The position numbers and the translations under genes are program-made. Positions 28,192 through 38,907 of a DNA stretch of 64,000 bases are shown here, piece by piece. Source of the stretch: Candidatus Bacteroides intestinavium (GTDB lineage Bacteria > Bacteroidota > Bacteroidia > Bacteroidales > Bacteroidaceae). The DNA lies in NCBI GenBank assembly GCA_019118325.1, contig DWZE01000089.1:1197-65196 (forward strand). Direction: 5' to 3'. The notes under the pieces were generated by a model. The model worked only from the letters and a program-made list of their open reading frames with translations. It was not told the DNA's origin and searched no databases. Within the stretch, counting starts at the first letter, position 1. Every line of letters begins with the position of its first letter.

Positions 28192-29639
28192 TAGATAATC
28201 AATATATCATCTTCTTTATAGTCCTGCAAAGTTAATGGTTTCCTCCAAATAAGGTCGTTATCTAAGGAGAAAAAGTGCCACAAAGGACCATTTCCATGCC
28301 CGAAACGCAAGTCCCGGCCTGCCAGGATGGCTGCGCGGGTGAAGTCTTCGCCATGCGTGATGGCTTCACACGTGCTGAACCCTGCGGCCAGGTAGGCGGC
28401 GATGGCGGAAGAGAGGGTACAGCCTGTCCCGTGCAGGTTGCTGCTGGTTATCTTGTCGAAATGAAAGTCATCCGTCCATGTATCTCCTCCCAAAACATCT
28501 ACGAGTTCGTTTCCCGGAAGATGTCCCCCCTTCAGTAAAACACGGGTGCCATATTGCGAGGCCAGACGCATGGCTGCCTCTTTCATCGCTTCCACATCGT
28601 CGATGGAATGCCCCAGCAGCAGCGAGGCCTCGGGCAGGTTGGGAGTAAGAAGGGTGCAGCGGGGAAATACGCTTTCTTCCATCGCCCGGATTGTTTCAGG
28701 CTCCATCAGGGAACGTCCGCTGGTGGAAACCATTACCGGATCGCAGACGACGGGAAGGTGTGGATAGGCAGAAAGTACCTCGGCCAGCGTCTGTGCCACG
28801 GAGGCATTGGGCACCATGCCGATCTTGATGGCCGCCACAGGCAGGTCCACCAGTACGGATTCCAGTTGTTGTCTTACCACCGGGGCCGGCACGGGAAATA
28901 CGTCTTGTACGCCCAGGGTATTCTGGGCCGTGACGGCCGTAATGACCGATGCGGCATAGGCACTCAAGCCCGACAGGGTCTTGATGTCAGCCTGTATGCC
29001 GGCACCACCGGAGGAGTCGGAACCGGCAACGGTCAATACCACGGGAGGCGTGTTCGTGGCCCGCAGCAATTGCCGGAAATGTTCCAGGAAATCAGGCTGG
29101 CCGAAGTGGTCCCATACATCTCCCAGTACAGCCACACCGCCGAAGCCCAGCATACGGAGCATGCCCACACGGTCTGCCGTCACGCCTCCGAGGGCGATGA
29201 TGCCGTAGTCGAGGACGAAATGCTCACGCGCTTGTCGCAGCTGGCCGGGAGTGAAGGCCGAGTGGTAGCCCGTTTTGGAGATGCTGTCAAAGACTGGGCT
29301 GAGGAACAGATATTCATAACTTCCTTTCTTCTTCTTCAGTTCCTCCAGCGAATGGACCGAGGTGCTGACTTCCCACTTGTAGTACGGCACGTGTTCCGTA
29401 GTGCGGCGGTTGACATGAAAGCCCCGCAGCTCGTACCGTAAGGCCAGGTCAACATGCTCGTGCAGGACAATGCGGTTGTAGTATTTCCCCGGTATCTGCT
29501 TCAGCAGTTGTTCCACCTGTTCCGGGGTACTGCCCGGCTTGCGGATATGAAGGAATTCCAGGCCTTCGTCCAGCAGCATCCGGATGGCCTCGCTTTCTCC
29601 CTCGAAAAAGTCGGGCCGGGTGATTACCATCAGTTCCAT
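28191..29639 (-). CDS. thiD: Fusion of a thiamine-phosphate-synthase-like (ThiE/TenI) domain and HMP/HMP-P kinase ThiD
   Basis: N-terminal LHIRKP, LSPVFDSISK, ALGG. C-terminal AGSDSSGGAGIQADIKT, TAQNT, DPVMV, HGTGCTLSSA. Confidence 0.9.
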   Translation of the reverse strand: MELMVITRPDFFEGESEAIRMLLDEGLEFLHIRKPGSTPEQVEQLLKQIPGKYYNRIVLHEHVDLALRYELRGFHVNRRTTEHVPYYKWEVSTSVHSLEELKKKKGSYEYLFLSPVFDSISKTGYHSAFTPGQLRQAREHFVLDYGIIALGGVTADRVGMLRMLGFGGVAVLGDVWDHFGQPDFLEHFRQLLRATNTPPVVLTVAGSDSSGGAGIQADIKTLSGLSAYAASVITAVTAQNTLGVQDVFPVPAPVVRQQLESVLVDLPVAAIKIGMVPNASVAQTLAEVLSAYPHLPVVCDPVMVSTSGRSLMEPETIRAMEESVFPRCTLLTPNLPEASLLLGHSIDDVEAMKEAAMRLASQYGTRVLLKGGHLPGNELVDVLGGDTWTDDFHFDKITSSNLHGTGCTLSSAIAAYLAAGFSTCEAITHGEDFTRAAILAGRDLRFGHGNGPLWHFFSLDNDLIWRKPLTLQDYKEDDILII

Positions 29640-29645
29640 ATAGAT

Positions 29646-30347
29646 TCAGAATGAGAGGATGTGGGTATTCAGGGTGCGCAAGTCTATCGTCCATAGCCGG
29701 CCATAGAGTGGCTCGCCATAGCCGGCCAGTATCTTGAGGGCTTCGTTGGCTTGCACGGCACCCACCACGGCCGGAGTCACTCCCACCACGTGTGGGTCCG
29801 GAGGCAAGGCGCACATGGCTTCCTCGTCGGGATAGAGGTCGCGATAGGTGCGGGGAGCGGGGCCTGCATGGAGCACAGCCACCTGTCCTTCCAGTCCGCG
29901 GACGGCACCATATATATAAGGTATATGCATACGTGCGCAAGCGTTGTCCAGGATGTAGCGTGTGGCAAAGTTGTCGGTACCGTCCAGCACCAGGTCGCAA
30001 CCTTCCATCAATGCGGCCACGTTCCGCCCTGACAGCCGGCAGGGATTGATTTCGATGCGTATCTGGCTGTTGAGCTGGCGCAGGCGCTGGGCGGCACAGA
30101 GCACCTTCGGTTTCCCTTGGTCGGCTTCCGTGTAGAGCACCTGCCGTTGCAGGTTCGTGAGGCTGACCATGTCGTCGTCCACCAGGACCAGCGTGCCTAT
30201 GCCGGCTGCGGCCAAATAGAGGGCGACGGGGCATCCCAGCCCCCCGACTCCTACGATGAGTACACGGGCGCGCGCCAGACGCTCCTGTCCTTCCGGCCCA
30301 ATCTCGGGGAGGGCCGTCTGGCGTTCATATCGATTGTTTATGTTCAT
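29646..30347 (-). CDS. thiF: ThiF/MoeB adenylyltransferase
   Basis: RYERQ, GVGGLG, NLQRQ, DGTDNFATR, inside the thi operon. Confidence 0.9.
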   Translation of the reverse strand: MNINNRYERQTALPEIGPEGQERLARARVLIVGVGGLGCPVALYLAAAGIGTLVLVDDDMVSLTNLQRQVLYTEADQGKPKVLCAAQRLRQLNSQIRIEINPCRLSGRNVAALMEGCDLVLDGTDNFATRYILDNACARMHIPYIYGAVRGLEGQVAVLHAGPAPRTYRDLYPDEEAMCALPPDPHVVGVTPAVVGAVQANEALKILAGYGEPLYGRLWTIDLRTLNTHILSF

Positions 30348-30459
30348 TACTATATATCTAAAATTATGATTAACGGTGAATGAGACGCCCGTCAGCGTCC
30401 TTTGTCCCTCCACCCCCGCTGCAGATACTTGTGGAGGGGGGGAGGAAATGTCTGATGGA

Positions 30460-30530
30460 GAGATACGTATGTCACCATCATCGACATACGTATGTCACCA
30501 CTACCGACGAGCGTATGTCTCCGACGGTGA
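30460..30530. repeat. Three degenerate tandem units with 23 bp period (CGTATGTC core)
   Basis: Core at 30466, 30489 and 30512. Confidence 0.75.
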
Positions 30531-30551
30531 AGAATGTATAATGATGGTTTA

Positions 30552-31691
30552 CTATACCGCTGCTGTCAGCTTCGGGTGGTCAAACGAGGCATCCCAGTCC
30601 TTCCAGACCGGCTCGCGTCCCATGCGGCGCAGGGCGGCGTCCACCTCGTGTGCGGTACGCTCGTCGCTGACGTGGAATTGCTCCAATGCCTGCGGATAGG
30701 TGTAGTAGCCGCCCGGTTCAGTCTTGCTCTCGGCGCTCATCGTGGTGACTCCCAGCGTGGCCATGTGGTCGCGGATGGAGGCCGGCTCGCGGGTGGAGTA
30801 GGAGATGTCCACGTCGTGGTCGAAGATGCGCATGGCAAAGGTGGCCTGCGCCAGCTCCCGGTCGGTCATGACCACGTTCGGTTGGAATCCTCCGTTCTCC
30901 GAGGGGCGCATACGGGGGAAGTTGACGCTGTACTTCGTCCGCCAATAATGCTTCTGTAGGTAGCGCAGGTGATGGGCCATCATGGTGATGTCCGTACGCC
31001 ATTCCCGCTCCAGGCCGATGAGGACGCCCATGCCGATGCTGTGGACGCCGGCCTGGCCCATGCGGTCGAAGCCGTTCAGTCGCCATTCGAACTTGGACTT
31101 CATGCCCCGTGGATGATAGATGTTGTAGTGGGCGCGGTTGTACGTCTCCTGGAAGCAGATGACGCCGTTCATGCCGTGGTGGGTCAACTCTTCGTATTCC
31201 TCGGTCTTGAGAGGCATGACTTCAATCTTCAGGTTGGAGAAGTAGGGCTTGGCCAAGTCGAGGGCGCGGGCAATGTAGGGCACGCCGGCCTTGGCCGGGT
31301 TCTCACCCGTGACAATCAGCAGGTTCTCGAACGGGGCCAGGCGTTTGATGGCCTTGTATTCATTGACAATTTCCTCCTCGGTGAGGATGGTGCGCTTCAT
31401 GGGATTGGAGATATGGAATCCGCAGTACACGCACGAGTTGGTGCAGGAATTGGTGAGGTAGAGGGGCACGAACATGGATATGGTCCGCCCGAAGCGTTCC
31501 TCGGTATATTTCTTGCTGAGCCTTGCCATCTGCTCCAAGTAAGGCTCGGCGGCCGGCGAGATGAGGGCCATGAAGTCCTCCACGTCGCAGCGGTCCTTGC
31601 TGAGGGCACGACGCACGTCGGCATCGGTCTTCGAGGCGATGCGGGCGGTGGTGTCGTCCCACGATATTTGGTCTAATACTTCGCTAAACAT
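30552..31691 (-). CDS. thiH: 2-iminoacetate synthase ThiH (radical SAM)
   Basis: CTNSCVYC motif, FQETY, YSTRE, QFHVSDER. Confidence 0.95.
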   Translation of the reverse strand: MFSEVLDQISWDDTTARIASKTDADVRRALSKDRCDVEDFMALISPAAEPYLEQMARLSKKYTEERFGRTISMFVPLYLTNSCTNSCVYCGFHISNPMKRTILTEEEIVNEYKAIKRLAPFENLLIVTGENPAKAGVPYIARALDLAKPYFSNLKIEVMPLKTEEYEELTHHGMNGVICFQETYNRAHYNIYHPRGMKSKFEWRLNGFDRMGQAGVHSIGMGVLIGLEREWRTDITMMAHHLRYLQKHYWRTKYSVNFPRMRPSENGGFQPNVVMTDRELAQATFAMRIFDHDVDISYSTREPASIRDHMATLGVTTMSAESKTEPGGYYTYPQALEQFHVSDERTAHEVDAALRRMGREPVWKDWDASFDHPKLTAAV

Positions 31692-31731
31692 GGTTGTTAT
31701 GATTGGTTATTGGTTCTGTAGGCTATCCGAT

Positions 31732-31828
31732 GGCACACAGATGACGCAGATGAAATAGATGACCACAGATTATTATATTGTATGAATAAATCTGCGAGAA
31801 TCTGTTTCATCTGTGTCATCTGCGTGCC
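31732..31828. repeat. Palindromic 9 bp-periodic (CAGAT) element, copy 1
   Basis: GGCACACAGATGACGCAGATGAAATAGAT pairs with ATCTGTTTCATCTGTGTCATCTGCGTGCC. Confidence 0.85.
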
Positions 31829-31846
31829 CATACGGCCCCACGGGGG

Positions 31847-34335
<2,489 letters not shown>

Positions 34336-34379
34336 ATTCCTTGTATATTATAGCATTCAATGTATCTTTAATCCGTTTG

Positions 34380-34994
34380 TCAGAGGGTCAATATCTCGCG
34401 CATCTCCTGCACGGGATCATCGGCACGGAGCATGGTGCCGGACAGGGCAATGCCGCGCACTCCCGTCTCCATGATGGCGGGGATGTCCGCACGGGTAATG
34501 CCTCCGATGGCCACCACGGGCAGGGGAATGCCGGCCTCCTGCATCTGCTTCATCAGCCGGGCATAACCTTCCAGCCCCAGGAGGGGGCTGAGGTTCTTCT
34601 TCGTATCTGTATGCCGGAAGGGACCGCAGCCGATGTAGTCCGCCCCGCCTTGCCAATGGCGCACGATGTCTTCGAAGGTATTGGCCGTACCGCCGATGAG
34701 AAACTCTTCGCCCAGCACCTGCCGGGCTTCGGCCACGGGCATGTCCTTCAGCCCCAGGTGTACGCCGTCGGCATGGAGTTTTTGAGCCAGTTCCACGTGG
34801 TCGTCGATGATGAAGATGGCTCCGTAATGTTTGCACAAGGCCTGCACTTCGCGCCCTATTGCCTCCACTTCGTCCAAGGGGTGATCCTTCATGCGCAGTT
34901 GTATCCAGCGGCAACCGCCTTCCAAAGCCAGACGGGCACTGTCCAAGTAGGAGTACCGGTCGGTGTAGTGGGTAATGAATTGTACGGGTATCAT
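34380..34994 (-). CDS. thiE: Thiamine phosphate synthase ThiE
   Basis: QLRMK, IIDD, GVHLG, GPFRHTDTK, VAIGGI. Confidence 0.93.
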   Translation of the reverse strand: MIPVQFITHYTDRYSYLDSARLALEGGCRWIQLRMKDHPLDEVEAIGREVQALCKHYGAIFIIDDHVELAQKLHADGVHLGLKDMPVAEARQVLGEEFLIGGTANTFEDIVRHWQGGADYIGCGPFRHTDTKKNLSPLLGLEGYARLMKQMQEAGIPLPVVAIGGITRADIPAIMETGVRGIALSGTMLRADDPVQEMREILTL

Positions 34995-34998
34995 AGGC

Positions 34999-35196
34999 TT
35001 ATCCTCCACAAGCTGCTTTGATGATGACGATGGATGCGCCTTCCTCCAGGGGAGTGTCGCCCCAGTCAGCGCGGGGTATCATACGGTTGTTGAGGGCCAT
35101 GGCCACGCCGGAAGCAGGCAGGGCCAGTTCTCCGGCAAGCTGGAGTAGCGTGGAGGACGTGGTGAACATCTCCTTGTTGTTGATTGTAATCTTCAT
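34999..35196 (-). CDS. thiS: Sulfur carrier protein ThiS
   Basis: 65 aa ubiquitin-like protein ending in GG. First gene of the operon. Confidence 0.93.
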   Translation of the reverse strand: MKITINNKEMFTTSSTLLQLAGELALPASGVAMALNNRMIPRADWGDTPLEEGASIVIIKAACGG

Positions 35197-35280
35197 CTTC
35201 TGTGCGTCTATATAATATTATAATGTGTAGAAGACAAAGCGGATACCACGGAGCGTGTGGCGGGTGGGAGTGTGAATATC

Positions 35281-35355
35281 CAATTCCTACGGCAGCATTA
35301 CCTGCATCAGGTTCGAGGGTATGATCTCAGCCCGCGTACGGGGCACCCCTTTGAC
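35281..35355 (-). ncRNA. TPP riboswitch
   Basis: Minus strand reads GGGGTGC...GCTGAGA TCATACCC TC GAACCTGAT GCAGGTAATGCTGCCGTAGGAA (THI-box consensus), upstream of thiS. Confidence 0.93.
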
Positions 35356-35364
35356 TTCAAGGGG

Positions 35365-35435
35365 CAAAGATAGGAGAAATAAATGTAAATATGTGCTTTG
35401 TTGAGGAAGATTTTATGCTTAAATATCTATCTTTG
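35365..35435. promoter_or_regulatory. Divergent -7 promoter boxes for the thi operon and purF
   Basis: TATCTTTG on the minus strand at 35365-35372 and on the plus strand at 35428-35435. Confidence 0.7.
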
Positions 35436-35495
35436 CATCCGGAAAAGTCTTCGGACTCTATTCAGGATACGTTATTAGACCACATATTATATAGT

Positions 35496-37379
35496 ATGGA
35501 ACAACTGAAACACGAATGCGGCGTGGCCATGATCCGCCTGCTAAAACCTTTGGAGTACTACGAACAGAAGTACGGCACTTGGATGTATGGCCTGAACAAG
35601 CTATACCTCCTTATGGAGAAGCAACACAACCGGGGGCAGGAAGGCGCAGGTCTGGCCTGTGTGAAGCTGGAGGCCAATCCCGGCGAGGAATACATGTTTC
35701 GCGAACGCGCCTTGGGTTCGGGAGCCATCACTGAGATATTTGACACCGTGCACACCAATTTCCGTGACCTGACCTCGGAGCAGCTGCACGATGCAGACTA
35801 TGCCAAGAAATGCCTCCCCTTTGCTGGCGAGGTCTACATGGGGCACCTGCGCTACAGCACAACGGGCAAGTCCGGACTAAGCTATGTGCACCCCTTCCTG
35901 CGGCGCAACAACTGGCGGGCAAAGAATTTGGCTCTCTGCGGCAACTTCAACCTGACCAATGTGGACGAGATATTCGCCCGTATCACCGCCATGGGCCAAC
36001 ATCCGCGCAAGTACTCCGACACCTACATCATGCTGGAGCAGGTGGGGCATCGGCTGGACCGTGAGGTGGAGCGCCTCTTCGGCATTGCAGAATCCGAAGG
36101 ACTGACAGGCACGGACATCACCCGGTACATCGAGGACCACATCGAACTGGCCAACGTCCTGCGCACATCAAGCAAAGAATGGGACGGAGGCTATGTCATC
36201 TGCGGCCTGACCGGAAGCGGAGAGTCCTTTGCCATCCGCGACCCGTGGGGTATCCGCACCGCCTTTTGGTATCAGGACGACGAGGTGGCCGTGCTGGCCA
36301 GTGAACGCCCGGTCATCCAGACGGTGTTCAATGTTCCCATGGAGTCCATCAAGGAGATGCAACCCGGACAAGCCGTCATCTTCACCAAGGCCGGACGGAT
36401 GCGCACCATCCAGATTAACAAACCACGTGGTTTCAAGCCCTGCTCCTTCGAGCGCATCTACTTCAGCCGGGGCAGTGACACGGACATCTACCGGGAACGC
36501 AAGCAGTTGGGCCGCGAACTGGTGCCCAGCATTCTCCGCGCCATCGACTACGATATTGACCATACCGTTTTCTCCTTCATCCCCAATACGGCCGAAGTGG
36601 CTTTCTACGGAATGTTGCAGGGGCTGGACGAGTACCTCAACCAGGAGAAGGTCTTCCAGATAGACGCCTTGGAGCATACCCCCACGCACGAGCAGCTGGA
36701 GCGCATCCTCTCCCGCCGCATCCGAAGCGAGAAGGTAGCCATCAAGGACATCAAGCTGCGCACCTTCATCGCCGAGGGCAACACACGCAATGACCTGGCT
36801 GCCCACGTCTACGACATCACTTACGGCAGCCTGGTACCGGGCGAGGACAATCTGGTCATCATCGACGACAGTATCGTGCGTGGCACGACCCTCAGGCAGA
36901 GCATCATCGGCATATTGGACCGGCTGGGACCGAAGAAGATAGTCATCGTGTCCAGCTCGCCCCAAGTGCGCTATCCCGACTACTACGGCATTGACATGTC
37001 CCGCATGAGCGAATTCATCGCCTTCAAGGCTGCCATCGAATTGCTGAAGGAGCGGGAGATGCGTAACATCATCGCCTCCGCCTACCGGAAGTCCAAGGAG
37101 CAGGCCGACCTGCCCAAGGAGCAGATGGTGAACTATGTGAAAGACATCTACGCCCCCTTCACCGACGAGGAAATCTCGGCGAAGATGGTGGAGCTGCTCA
37201 CCCCGGCGGGAACGAAGGCCAAAGTCCAGATTGTCTACCAACCCTTGGAGGGACTTCACCAGGCCTGTCCCAACCATCCGGGCGACTGGTACTTCAGCGG
37301 TGATTATCCCACGCCGGGCGGGGTGAAGATGCTGAACAAGGCGTTCATTGACTACATCGAGCAGGTCTATCAGTTCTAA
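35496..37379 (+). CDS. purF: Amidophosphoribosyltransferase
   Basis: N-terminal HECG nucleophile, QHNRGQE, HLRYST, PRPP motif IIDDSIVRGTT, YYGIDM. Confidence 0.93.
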   Translation: MEQLKHECGVAMIRLLKPLEYYEQKYGTWMYGLNKLYLLMEKQHNRGQEGAGLACVKLEANPGEEYMFRERALGSGAITEIFDTVHTNFRDLTSEQLHDADYAKKCLPFAGEVYMGHLRYSTTGKSGLSYVHPFLRRNNWRAKNLALCGNFNLTNVDEIFARITAMGQHPRKYSDTYIMLEQVGHRLDREVERLFGIAESEGLTGTDITRYIEDHIELANVLRTSSKEWDGGYVICGLTGSGESFAIRDPWGIRTAFWYQDDEVAVLASERPVIQTVFNVPMESIKEMQPGQAVIFTKAGRMRTIQINKPRGFKPCSFERIYFSRGSDTDIYRERKQLGRELVPSILRAIDYDIDHTVFSFIPNTAEVAFYGMLQGLDEYLNQEKVFQIDALEHTPTHEQLERILSRRIRSEKVAIKDIKLRTFIAEGNTRNDLAAHVYDITYGSLVPGEDNLVIIDDSIVRGTTLRQSIIGILDRLGPKKIVIVSSSPQVRYPDYYGIDMSRMSEFIAFKAAIELLKEREMRNIIASAYRKSKEQADLPKEQMVNYVKDIYAPFTDEEISAKMVELLTPAGTKAKVQIVYQPLEGLHQACPNHPGDWYFSGDYPTPGGVKMLNKAFIDYIEQVYQF

Positions 37380-37416
37380 ATGAAGAATGAAGAACGAAGA
37401 ATGATGAATTAGGATT

Positions 37417-37623
37417 ATGGACGAAGGACAAAAGAAGAAATCAGCTATCGCAGGCGAATGGCTGGCCATGGGCATCGCCCTCGGTGTGGCGTTCGGCATC
37501 ATATTCGACAACCTGGGTTTGTGGCTACCCATTGGCGTGTGCATCGGGTTGGTGGGGCCTGCGATGAAGAGTATGAAGAAGAATAACAAAGACAACAATA
37601 CTAACGAACCAGATAAAGAATGA
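37417..37623 (+). CDS. Small Gly-rich two-TM hypothetical protein
   Basis: GIALGVAFG...DNLGLWLPIGVCIG. ATGA overlap with carA. Confidence 0.65.
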   Translation: MDEGQKKKSAIAGEWLAMGIALGVAFGIIFDNLGLWLPIGVCIGLVGPAMKSMKKNNKDNNTNEPDKE

Positions 37624-38693
37624 GAAACGTGACACTTATCCTCGATGACGGCACCCGCCTGCACGGGCAGTCGTTCGGCTATGAGAAGCCCGTGGCGGGC
37701 GAGGTAGTCTTCAACACGGCCATGACGGGATACCCCGAGAGCCTGACCGACCCCAGCTACGCCGGGCAGCTGATGACATTGACCTATCCCCTGGTGGGCA
37801 ACTATGGGGTGCCGCCCTTCACCTTCGCTGAGAACGGGTTGCCCCGCTTCATGGAAAGCGAGAAGATTCATGCCGAGGCCATCATCGTTAGCGACTACAG
37901 CGAGAACTACAGCCATTGGAACGCCGTGGAGAGCCTGGGCGACTGGCTCAAACGCGAACAGGTACCGGGCATTACGGGCATCGACACGCGGGCACTGACC
38001 AAAGCCCTGCGCGAGCATGGCGTGATGATGGGCAAGATTGTCTTTGACGATGAACCGGACAACATCCCCACCGCGCAATATGCCGGGGTAAACTATGTGG
38101 ACCGCGTGTCGTGCAAGGAGGTCATCCGCTACAATGAGGGAGCAGGCAAGAAGGTAGTATTAGTCGATTGCGGCGTCAAGGCCAACATCCTTAGATGTCT
38201 GATAAACAGAGGTGTGGAGGTCATTCGCGTGCCTTGGGACTATGACTTCAACGGCTTGGAGTATGACGGGCTGTTCATCTCCAACGGCCCCGGAGACCCC
38301 GACACGTGCGATGCCGCGGTGCAGAACATCCGCCGGGCGATGCAGGACGAGAAGCTCCCCATCTTCGGCATCTGCATGGGCAACCAGCTCCTCAGCAAGG
38401 CCGGAGGGGCGAAAATCTACAAGCTGAAATACGGACACCGCAGCCACAACCAGCCTGTACGCATGGTGGGCACCGAGCGCTGCTTCATCACCAGCCAGAA
38501 CCACGGCTATGCGGTGGATAACAATACGTTGGGCGCCGATTGGGAACCGCTCTTTGTGAACATGAACGACGGCTCGAACGAGGGCATCCGCCACAAGACG
38601 AATCCCTGGTTCTCCGCCCAGTTCCATCCCGAAGCGTGCAGCGGGCCGACGGACACGGAGTTCCTCTTCGATGAGTTCGTCAAGCTGCTCTGA
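37620..38693 (+). CDS. carA: Carbamoyl-phosphate synthase small subunit
   Basis: GEVVFNTAMTGY, SNGPGDP, GICMGNQ, QFHPEA. Confidence 0.97.
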   Translation: MRNVTLILDDGTRLHGQSFGYEKPVAGEVVFNTAMTGYPESLTDPSYAGQLMTLTYPLVGNYGVPPFTFAENGLPRFMESEKIHAEAIIVSDYSENYSHWNAVESLGDWLKREQVPGITGIDTRALTKALREHGVMMGKIVFDDEPDNIPTAQYAGVNYVDRVSCKEVIRYNEGAGKKVVLVDCGVKANILRCLINRGVEVIRVPWDYDFNGLEYDGLFISNGPGDPDTCDAAVQNIRRAMQDEKLPIFGICMGNQLLSKAGGAKIYKLKYGHRSHNQPVRMVGTERCFITSQNHGYAVDNNTLGADWEPLFVNMNDGSNEGIRHKTNPWFSAQFHPEACSGPTDTEFLFDEFVKLL

Positions 38694-38766
38694 TGTAAAC
38701 TATTCGGAATAGTGTCCCCTCTCTTCTAACGTATTGCTTATGAACGCATTGCGATTGATATGCCTT

Positions 38767-38854
38767 CGGACGGCGTTTGATGTAGGATCAGCCGCCGTTT
38801 GATGTAGGATCGGACGGCGTTTGATGTAGGATGAAACGCCGTCTGATGTAGGAG
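38767..38854. repeat. Four tandem 22 bp units (CGGACGGCGTTTGATGTAGGAT consensus)
   Basis: Units at 38767, 38789, 38811 and 38833. Units 1 and 3 are identical. Confidence 0.9.
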
Positions 38855-38907
38855 GGAATGGGGTGTAAAAGATAATTATCATTCAACGAATCATCAAACT
38901 ATCAGAT

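Noticed and set aside
38767-38854. 22 bp arrays (also 45655-45738 and 8149-8209) as CRISPR arrays
   Set aside because: Units are contiguous with no unique spacers of CRISPR length, and there are no cas genes in the window.
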